A stretch of DNA of 24,000 nt from NCBI RefSeq assembly GCF_004078635.1, contig NZ_RZNB01000003.1, positions 475,866 through 499,865 on the forward strand, given 5' to 3'. The stretch is from Labedella phragmitis (GTDB taxonomy: Bacteria; Actinomycetota; Actinomycetes; Actinomycetales; Microbacteriaceae). The translations under genes and the position numbers were made by a program. Under the pieces are notes generated by a model that searched no databases, was not told the DNA's origin, and worked only from the letters and a program-made list of their open reading frames with translations. Below are positions 16,984 to 24,000 of this stretch, in pieces. Position 1 is the first letter of the stretch. Each line of letters opens with the position of its first letter.

Positions 16984-17439
16984 TCAGGGGACCGGTCGAC
17001 GCATCCGGCGGTGTGGGATCTCGTCCTCCACGAACGGCTCACCCTCGACGACGAAACCGAACCGGGCGTACCAGTCGACGAGGTGCGATTGCGCGTCGAG
17101 GAGGATCGGGGCCGTCGGCCGCATCTCGAGGCACCGCTCGACGGCGCGGCGCATGAGGTCCGCGGCGATGCCGCGCCCCCGGGCGCTGCGAGCCGTTGCG
17201 ACACGGCCGATCCGGCTCGCGTCCGGCTCCTGCAGGATGCGCAGCGTCGCGAGGAGCTCCCCGCCGTCCTCCGCCCAGAGGAGCTCCGCTCCCGGTTCCG
17301 CGTCGCGACCGTCGATGTCGGCGTAGGCGGCCCTCTGCTCGACGACGAAGACGTCGATGCGCACCTGGAGGAGCCGGTAGAGGACGAGGGGATCCATCTC
17401 GCGGACCTCGGCCCGCCGCACGGTGTAGGCCACGGTCAC
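16984..17439 (-). CDS. GNAT-family N-acetyltransferase, ElaA-like
   Basis: LYRLLQVRIDVFVVEQRAAYADIDGRD...IGRVATARSARGRGIAADLM...AQSHLVDWYARFGF closely parallels E. coli ElaA as I remember it. The GTG start at 17439 overlaps the upstream stop (GTGA at 17436-17439). Confidence 0.85.
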   Translation of the reverse strand: MTVAYTVRRAEVREMDPLVLYRLLQVRIDVFVVEQRAAYADIDGRDAEPGAELLWAEDGGELLATLRILQEPDASRIGRVATARSARGRGIAADLMRRAVERCLEMRPTAPILLDAQSHLVDWYARFGFVVEGEPFVEDEIPHRRMRRPVP

Positions 17440-18170
17440 TCGAGCCAGTCGAGGCGCTCGGGCAGACGGCCGGGCTCGTCGAGCCGAGCGGTCCGCAGTT
17501 CGACGCCGTGGGGGCCGAGGGCGAGGGCCGTGACCGAGAGCGAGGCGAGCACGAACCCGTCGTGCTCGTCCTGACGGACGATCGCCTCGTCGTGGTCCGG
17601 CGGCAGGTGCGAGCTCTCGCGCAGGACGTCGAGCCACGGCTCCCAGTCGGCACCGCCCGGAACACCCGTCGGTCGACCGGCGTCGATGAAGCGCGGACGC
17701 CACCGCGACACCCGCGGAACGTCGAACGTGTCCGGTCCCTCGTGCGTGATCATGTGGACGCCGGGGCCGAGGTCGACCGACTGCACGCGTGTGCCGTCCC
17801 AGCGCGTGAAGCGCACGCGATCCGCCGAGAGCTCGACGAGGTTGAAGGTGCGCGTGTGCGGGACGACGCGCGGGTCGAGCCCCGTCGTGACGGCGCCGAG
17901 CGGAACCACCCCGCGCGACGTCCAGCCGCCGGCCGGCTCGGGCAGCTCCTCACGGCGGTTGAGCACGACGGCTGCGCGCGCGGGCCCGTCGTTCGTCGCG
18001 AGCCACGCACCACCCGCCTCGCGGTCGTGCAGACCGCGGACATCGTCGCCGAGCTCAGGCCACCACGCTCCCGGCGGATCCCACGGCCGCCCCGGCGACT
18101 CGTCCCGAAGGCCGAGCATCGTGACGGGCCACGCGCTCCCCGGGTCGAAACCGACGACGACGGTGCACAT
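17436..18170 (-). CDS. NRDE-family protein (TANGO2 / PF05742 homologue)
   Basis: N-terminal MCTVVV (Cys2). LGLRDE sits at the NRDE motif position, followed by GGAWLATN...AAVVLN and FNLVEL blocks that are collinear with human TANGO2 as I remember it. AGGAGGTGG SD 5 nt before the ATG. Confidence 0.8.
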   Translation of the reverse strand: MCTVVVGFDPGSAWPVTMLGLRDESPGRPWDPPGAWWPELGDDVRGLHDREAGGAWLATNDGPARAAVVLNRREELPEPAGGWTSRGVVPLGAVTTGLDPRVVPHTRTFNLVELSADRVRFTRWDGTRVQSVDLGPGVHMITHEGPDTFDVPRVSRWRPRFIDAGRPTGVPGGADWEPWLDVLRESSHLPPDHDEAIVRQDEHDGFVLASLSVTALALGPHGVELRTARLDEPGRLPERLDWLE

Positions 18171-18252
18171 GCGACCACCTCCTGGGCGACGACGGACGGA
18201 CTACGTCAGACTAGACGAACGGCGGAGCGCATCCGCCTGGAGAGAGGTGGGC

Positions 18253-19494
18253 ATGGCCGAGCGCTTGACGATCGTCGTGGGCATCACGGGCGGGATCGCG
18301 GCCTACAAGGCGGTCGGCGTCGCGCGGTTGTTCGTCAAGGCGGGTCACGACGTCCATATCGTTCCGACGGAGAACGCGCTGCGTTTCGTGGGCCTCCCCA
18401 CTCTCGAGGCGATCAGCGGGAACCCCGTCACCACGTCGCTCTACGAGGGCGTCGACACCGTGCGGCACGTCGCCCTCGGGCAGTCGGCCGACCTCATCGT
18501 CATCGCCCCCGCGACGGCGAACACGCTCGCGAAGCTCGCCGGCGGCCTCGCCGACGATCTCCTCGGCACCACGGTCCTCGCGAGCCGTGCGCCCGTCGTG
18601 GTCGCCCCCGCCATGCACACGGAGATGTGGCAGCACCCCGCGACGGTCGCCAACGTCGAGACGCTCCGCGGCCGGGGCATCACGATCGTCGGTCCCGCGG
18701 TCGGACGGTTGACGGGACCGGACGAGGGACCGGGTCGGATGAGCGAACCCGACGAGATCGTCGAGGCGGCATTCGCCGTCCTCGCCGGAAGCACGGTTGA
18801 CGCGCGGGCTCAGGACCTCTCGGGACGACACGTCATCGTGTCGGCCGGCGGCACACGTGAGCCGCTCGATCCGGTGCGGTTCATCGGGAACCGGTCGAGC
18901 GGCAAGCAGGGGCTCGCGATCGCGCGCGCCGCCGCCGCGCGCGGCGCGCGGGTGACCCTCGTGGCCGCCCACCTCGATGCCGAGGTGGGCGCCGAGGCGT
19001 CGGCGTCCCTCGGCGGGGACGTGGTCCGGGCGGAGACGGCGGAGGAGCTCGCTGCGGAGATGCGCGAGCGGGCACTGTCCGCCGACGTCGTGGTGATGGC
19101 CGCCGCCGTGGCCGACTACCGGCCGGCGACGGTGTCCGAGGCGAAGATCAAGAAGGACGACTCCGGCGACGCGCTCACGCTCGTGCTCGAGCGCACGCCC
19201 GACATCCTCGCCGGACTCGCGGCGGGCCGCTCCGATGGTCAGGTCGTCGTGGGCTTCGCCGCGGAGACGGCGCCGGACCGCGAGGCTCTCCTCGAACTCG
19301 GACGCACGAAGATGGCACGCAAGGGAGCCGATCTCCTCGCCCTCAATGTCGTCGGCTGGACCGCGGGCTTCGGCTCGGACGACAACGCCGTGGTCGTGAT
19401 CGACCGCTCGGGCACGCCGGTCGGGGAAGCGGCGGGCACGAAGGAGGCCGTCGCGCACGCGCTGCTCGACGCCGTCGTCCCCCTCCTGCCCTGA
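18253..19494 (+). CDS. coaBC: Bifunctional phosphopantothenoylcysteine decarboxylase / phosphopantothenate-cysteine ligase
   Basis: N-terminal flavoprotein motif VGITGGIAAYK and PAMHTEMW. C-terminal CoaB motifs VSAGGTREPLDPVRFIGNRSSGK and AKIKKD. GAGAGGTGG SD. Confidence 0.95.
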   Translation: MAERLTIVVGITGGIAAYKAVGVARLFVKAGHDVHIVPTENALRFVGLPTLEAISGNPVTTSLYEGVDTVRHVALGQSADLIVIAPATANTLAKLAGGLADDLLGTTVLASRAPVVVAPAMHTEMWQHPATVANVETLRGRGITIVGPAVGRLTGPDEGPGRMSEPDEIVEAAFAVLAGSTVDARAQDLSGRHVIVSAGGTREPLDPVRFIGNRSSGKQGLAIARAAAARGARVTLVAAHLDAEVGAEASASLGGDVVRAETAEELAAEMRERALSADVVVMAAAVADYRPATVSEAKIKKDDSGDALTLVLERTPDILAGLAAGRSDGQVVVGFAAETAPDREALLELGRTKMARKGADLLALNVVGWTAGFGSDDNAVVVIDRSGTPVGEAAGTKEAVAHALLDAVVPLLP

Positions 19495-19599
19495 ACCCCC
19501 CTCCGGTTCCCTGAGCCCGCAGCTCCTGCGGCGCGCTTCGACGATCTCGCCGGCCGTGCGGTGGCGGACACCGGGTTCCGCGCCCGCCGCGAGCGGCGA

Positions 19600-20187
19600 C
19601 TAGGAGCGGGCGGCGAGCGCCGCGTCGATGAGGACCGAGGCGGCGGCCCGGGCGTGGGTCGCCGCGATGGGGTTGCCGGAGATCGCAGCCGTCGTCTGGG
19701 CTCCCTCCGCGAGCAGCGCGAGCTGAGGAGCGAGCGACTCGTCGGCCCCCGCGCTCGTCACGAGCGACTCGACGTAGCTCTGGAAGGACTCCTTGTGATC
19801 GCGGGCGAGTTCCGCCACCGAGGGGAACACGGAACCGAGCTCTCCGAACGCGTTGATGAAACCGCAGCCTCGGAACGAGTCGTCCTGGAACCAGGACGCG
19901 AGGTAGTCGTACATCGCGAGGAGCTTCTCCCGCGGAGTCGTCGCCGCAGCGACGGCTTCGGCCACTCCCGTCTCCCACAGGGCGTGACGAACCCGCAGCA
20001 CGGCGAGCACGAGGGCCTCCTTCGACGGGAACTGCTGGTAGAGCTTCTTGAGCGACACGCCGGCGGCCGTCCGGACCTCGTCCATCCCGACAGCCTGGAA
20101 GCCTCGCGTGTAGAAGAGCGCGTCGGCCGCGGAGACGATGCGGTCGGCGACGTCGTCGGTCAGTGTTCTCGATGCGGTCACGGTCAT
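19600..20187 (-). CDS. TetR/AcrR-family transcriptional regulator
   Basis: HTH GFQAVGMDEVRTAAGVSLKKLYQQFPSKEALV. Start set at ATG 20187 because a TAGAAT -10 (20200-20195, minus strand) lies 7 nt upstream and overlaps the alternative ATG at 20196. Confidence 0.85.
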   Translation of the reverse strand: MTVTASRTLTDDVADRIVSAADALFYTRGFQAVGMDEVRTAAGVSLKKLYQQFPSKEALVLAVLRVRHALWETGVAEAVAAATTPREKLLAMYDYLASWFQDDSFRGCGFINAFGELGSVFPSVAELARDHKESFQSYVESLVTSAGADESLAPQLALLAEGAQTTAAISGNPIAATHARAAASVLIDAALAARS

Positions 20188-20201
20188 GTCATCCATTCTA
20201 C

Positions 20202-21152
<951 letters not shown>

Positions 21153-21170
21153 GACCCCACACCGCACAAC

Positions 21171-21208
21171 GGGTAGGGCGGGTCCGGTTCACCGGACCCG
21201 CCCTACCC
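21171..21208 (+). terminator. Intrinsic-terminator-like hairpin after the hydrolase gene
   Basis: GGGTAGGGCGGGTCCGG-TTCA-CCGGACCCGCCCTACCC: a perfect 17-bp stem with a 4-nt loop, starting 19 nt after the stop. No U-tract. Confidence 0.7.
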
Positions 21209-21228
21209 CGCATCCTGAATCTCTCGTT

Positions 21229-21302
21229 GCCTCCTGTTGAGTCTCCTGTTGAGTCTCCTGTTGAGTCTCCTGTTGAGTCTCCTGTTGAGTCTCCTGTTGA
21301 GC
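21229..21302. repeat. Perfect 12-bp tandem repeat, about 6 copies (GTCTCCTGTTGA)
   Basis: GCCTCCTGTTGA followed by 5 x GTCTCCTGTTGA, then GC. A degenerate extra copy (AATCTCTCGTTGC) lies at 21218-21230. The unit is 50% GC in a visibly GC-rich window. It is intergenic. Confidence 0.95.
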
Positions 21303-21377
21303 GCTGTGGTATTAAGATAGATACCCTACGGTGATGACCCACCAGCTCGTTTCCAGAGACCGCACCGAGAGGGAGCC

Positions 21378-21485
21378 GTGTTCACCAACTTCTCGCTCGT
21401 CAATCTGATCGTCACGATCGCGGCCGTCGTGATCATCATTTCGGCTGTCGTGTTCTGGATCCGATCGTCGCGACGACATCGGTGA
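21378..21485 (+). CDS. Candidate small membrane protein (35 aa), absent from the ORF track
   Basis: GTG start preceded by GAGAGGGAG (SD ends 3 nt before the start codon). Translation (M)FTNFSLVNLIVTIAAVVIIISAVVFWIRSSRRHR gives one TM helix plus a basic tail. 28 of 35 codons end in G or C, as in the real genes here. Confidence 0.4.
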   Translation: MFTNFSLVNLIVTIAAVVIIISAVVFWIRSSRRHR

Positions 21486-21570
21486 GCACGAGAATCCTGT
21501 TCACGAGCGACCGTCGGCCCTCGAGGCATCGACGGGACGGCCACCGGCCCCGACGAGGGACAATGGGGAC

Positions 21571-22038
21571 GTGAAGCGCAGCGCCGGAATCCTCCCCTAC
21601 CGCCACACCGACGAGAGCGTGGAGGTCTGGCTCACCCACCCCGGCGGTCCGTTCTGGGCGAAGAAGGACACCCGCGGCTGGGGTGTCGTGAAGGGCGAGT
21701 ACGGCGATGACGAAACGCCGGAGCTCGCGGCGCGTCGCGAGTTCGCCGAGGAGACCGGGGTGCCCGCTCCGGAGGGTGAGTACGTCCCCCTCGGCGAGTT
21801 CCGGCAGTCCTCTGGCAAGGTCATCACGGTCTTCGCTGTCGAGCACGACCTCGGCGACCTCGCCGTGCAGAGCAACACGATCGCGATCGAGGTGCCGAAG
21901 GGGTCGGGGCGTTTCGTGGAATTCCCGGAGATCGACGACGCCCGCTGGTACGACCTACTCACCGCGGCGGACAAGATCCACGCGGGTCAGCTTCCCGTTC
22001 TCGCGGCGCTCGTCGAGCACCTGAAGACCCAGCCCTAG
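21571..22038 (+). CDS. NUDIX hydrolase (COG4119-like)
   Basis: Complete Nudix box GEYGDDETPELAARREFAEETGV (G-x5-E-x7-REUxEExGU). SAGILPYR N-terminus. GTG start. Confidence 0.85.
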   Translation: MKRSAGILPYRHTDESVEVWLTHPGGPFWAKKDTRGWGVVKGEYGDDETPELAARREFAEETGVPAPEGEYVPLGEFRQSSGKVITVFAVEHDLGDLAVQSNTIAIEVPKGSGRFVEFPEIDDARWYDLLTAADKIHAGQLPVLAALVEHLKTQP

Positions 22039-22047
22039 ACCATCCGC

Positions 22048-22080
22048 GGTCCCTGACCCGTCGACAATCTCAGGGACCGA
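22048..22080. repeat. Hairpin-forming copy of the CTCAGGGACC intergenic element
   Basis: GGTCCCTGA-(13 nt)-TCAGGGACC, a 9-bp stem starting 10 nt after the NUDIX stop. CCCGTCGACAATCTCAGGGACCGAGA at 22057-22082 matches 15606-15631 at 23 of 26 positions. Confidence 0.5.
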
Positions 22081-22141
22081 GATGGGACCGAGGGTGGAGG
22101 TTCCCACTCGGAGAGCGGGCGGCGATCCAACCGAATGCGCG

Positions 22142-22178
22142 ATGCCCCGGCCGATCGGGATCCGATCGGCCGGGGCAT
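22142..22178 (-). terminator. Intrinsic-terminator-like hairpin downstream of the surface-protein gene
   Basis: ATGCCCCGGCCGATCGG-GAT-CCGATCGGCCGGGGCAT: a perfect 17-bp stem, 44 nt beyond the minus-strand stop at 22222. Confidence 0.7.
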
Positions 22179-22221
22179 GGTCTAGGGAATCGACGACGGG
22201 ACGCCGCTGGCGGTGGACCCG

Positions 22222-24000
22222 CTAGAGCGCTCTGTCCTCCGCGTCCCTTTCCGCGACCTCACCGGCGGTCTCACGGCGACGGCGTACGACCAGCAGCAGG
22301 CCTCCGAGGACGAGCGCGAGGAGACCGGCGACGATCGCACCGACGCCGATCGTGCCGCCCGTGATCGCGAGCGGCGGCGGCGCCTGAATCGGGTTCGTCG
22401 TGCAGAGCGCACTCCCCTCCGGGCAGATCCCCGTCGGGGTCTGGTTGCTCAACCCGAGATAGTTCGCCAGAACGTGATTGCCCTGACGGTCATAGGCCAT
22501 CACCGTCACCGAGTAGTTCACCGTCGCGGTCTCGCCGGCGCCGAGCCGTCCACCGATCGACAGGACGTCGCCGGACTGCTCGAGATCGAACGTGTCGACC
22601 GAGGCCGACGCGTGCCGCGTGAGCGTCGCATCGTCGAGCACATCGCCCATCCGGTCCACGTAGTCGACCGTGGCCGCACCGGCACCGGTGTTGTGGAACG
22701 TGAGCGTGTACGTCAGGACATCGCCCTGCTCCACCGCCGTCGTCGACGCCGGGTCCACCGACTTCGTCGCCGCGATCTCACCGATCGGGTGGACCGTGCA
22801 GTCAGCGTCCTCACCCTCGACCGGCTCACACGTCGCCGGCGGCTCCTCACCCGCACGGACGAGGACGTTCCCGAGCACGTGGTCACCCTGCTGCGCGAAC
22901 GGACGGACGAGGACCGAGTACGACACCGTCGCCGACTCGCCCGGTTCCAGCGAGCCCGTCACGACCAGGCGGTCGCCGACGAGTTCCACCACGATGTCGC
23001 CGTCGCCGTCCACGAGGGGATCGCCCACGAGATCGGCATCGTCGAGAACACCCGTCAGCACGTCGTCCCGGACGAAGGCTCCTGCCGCCGCTCCGTCGTT
23101 ACGGAACGACAGGGTGTATGTGATGGTCTGGCCGGCGACGACCGGGGATCCGGATGCCGGGTCCGCCGACTTCGCGTCCACGATCTCGGGCACCGGGTTG
23201 ACTGTGCAATCGACGTCCCCGTCCACGCACTGGGTCGGCGGAACCGCATCGCCGCGCACGAGGTAGTTCCCGAGCACGTCGTCGCCGCGCTGCCCGTCCG
23301 GTGCCACCGTCACGGTGTACGAGACGGTGACCGTCTGCGCGGGCGCGAGCGTGCCCGACACCACGACGCGCTCGTTCGTGACCGCACTCGCCGTGACTGA
23401 AGCATGGGAGGAGACCGGCTGCGCGGTGATCGTCGCATCATCGAGCACGTCTGCGAGGTGGTCGGTGAAGTCGACGGCGCCGACGGCGTTGCCGCTGTTG
23501 GTGAAGGTGAGCGTGTAGGTGAGCTCATCGCCCTCCACGACCGTCGTGCCCGACGCGGGGTCCACGGACTTCGAGGACGTGACGTTCGGCAGGTCCGTCG
23601 AGGTGCATTCGAGGTTGCCCGGCTCGCACGTCGCGGGCGGCGGCGTCGACGGGTCGTCGACGAGGAAGTTCGTCGCCCGGTCGTCGCCGCGCTCGTCCTC
23701 CTCGTTCACCGTGACCGTGTAGGTCACCGTCTCCGTCTGCCCGGCGGCCAGTTCACCCGTGATGGTGAAGACGCCGCCGTCGACCGCCGACACCACGAGG
23801 GCGTCGTCCGAGGCGACCGGTGCGCTTGTGAGCGTGGCGTCGTCGAGCACGCCCGTGAGGTTGTCCGACTTGTCCACGGAGACCGGACCCTGGCCCTGGT
23901 TGTCGAACGTGATCGTGTACGTCAACGTCGTGCCCGGGACGATCGGATCGGCCGAGGCCTCGACCGACTTCGAGACGAGCAGACGCCCGATCGGCGTGAG
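22222..24000 (-). CDS. Cell-wall-anchored surface protein with DUF11/TIGR01451-like repeat domains and an LAxTG sorting signal (5' end outside window)
   Basis: The frame stays open to the window edge, and the track 'M' at 23925 is an internal TTG Leu. Four repeats of about 133 aa (KSVDPASG..LTYTLTFxNxG..VLDDA..TVxYxVTV..C-x5-8-CT). C-terminus is PPLAITGG, then a hydrophobic helix, then RRRR. Confidence 0.85.
   Translation of the reverse strand, partial: LTPIGRLLVSKSVEASADPIVPGTTLTYTITFDNQGQGPVSVDKSDNLTGVLDDATLTSAPVASDDALVVSAVDGGVFTITGELAAGQTETVTYTVTVNEEDERGDDRATNFLVDDPSTPPPATCEPGNLECTSTDLPNVTSSKSVDPASGTTVVEGDELTYTLTFTNSGNAVGAVDFTDHLADVLDDATITAQPVSSHASVTASAVTNERVVVSGTLAPAQTVTVSYTVTVAPDGQRGDDVLGNYLVRGDAVPPTQCVDGDVDCTVNPVPEIVDAKSADPASGSPVVAGQTITYTLSFRNDGAAAGAFVRDDVLTGVLDDADLVGDPLVDGDGDIVVELVGDRLVVTGSLEPGESATVSYSVLVRPFAQQGDHVLGNVLVRAGEEPPATCEPVEGEDADCTVHPIGEIAATKSVDPASTTAVEQGDVLTYTLTFHNTGAGAATVDYVDRMGDVLDDATLTRHASASVDTFDLEQSGDVLSIGGRLGAGETATVNYSVTVMAYDRQGNHVLANYLGLSNQTPTGICPEGSALCTTNPIQAPPPLAITGGTIGVGAIVAGLLALVLGGLLLVVRRRRETAGEVAERDAEDRAL

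Noticed and set aside
16979-16992. GTCCCTCAGGGGAC hairpin at the GNAT stop, resembling the CTCAGGGACC dispersed element.
   Set aside because: Only about 9-10 nt are similar, and the stem is just 5 bp. This is too short to distinguish from chance, though it may still act as a weak terminator.
19495-19599. Possible terminator or copy of the dispersed element between coaBC and tetR (GGTTCCCTGAGC...GCTTCGACGA; CCGCAG-CTC-CTGCGG).
   Set aside because: The stem is only 6 bp, and the similarity to the CTCAGGGACC element is fragmentary with the halves in the wrong relative order. It is not supportable as a feature.
21229-21302. Possible CRISPR array.
   Set aside because: The units are only 12 bp and directly abutting, with no spacers. 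There are no cas genes in the window.

Overview
High-GC actinobacterial chromosomal segment; a Microbacteriaceae-like origin is only a guess from composition, an LAxTG anchor and the intergenic repeat type. It is tightly packed with about 26 protein-coding genes. I saw no rRNA, tRNA, CRISPR array, transposase, integrase or prophage signature. All family calls come from motif recognition in the translations, since no searches were possible.

Left to right:
- 1-6 kb: partial Pr6Pr-like membrane protein; TrkH K+ uptake protein (no TrkA nearby); BCCT osmolyte transporter; SulP/STAS anion transporter divergent from a MerR regulator.
- 6-10.3 kb: MFS transporter; ArsR-VOC operon divergent from a second VOC gene; a truncated SBP-like lipoprotein translationally coupled to a CDF metal exporter.
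- 10.3-17 kb: 119-aa hypothetical; 841-aa Ski2-like DExH helicase; Asp/Glu racemase; small lipoprotein; PlsC-type acyltransferase; GH13 glycosidase.
- 17-20.2 kb: ElaA-type GNAT coupled to an NRDE/TANGO2-family protein, divergent from coaBC; TetR regulator.
- 20.2-24 kb: haloperoxidase-like alpha/beta hydrolase divergent from the TetR gene; a 418-bp gap holding a strong hairpin, a perfect 12-bp x 6 tandem repeat and an untracked 35-aa single-TM ORF; NUDIX hydrolase; 3' part of a large repeat-domain LAxTG-anchored surface protein.

Best candidates for something undescribed:
1. The NRDE(TANGO2)-ElaA operon back-to-back with coaBC, as a possible CoA/acyl-CoA link.
2. The SBP-like lipoprotein coupled to a CDF.
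3. The tandem-repeat, small-TM-ORF and NUDIX locus.

Several operator and promoter architectures (ArsR, TetR, MerR) and a strong leaderless-mRNA pattern can be read directly from the sequence. Most long ORFs in the track are antisense or out-of-frame shadows typical of high-GC DNA.
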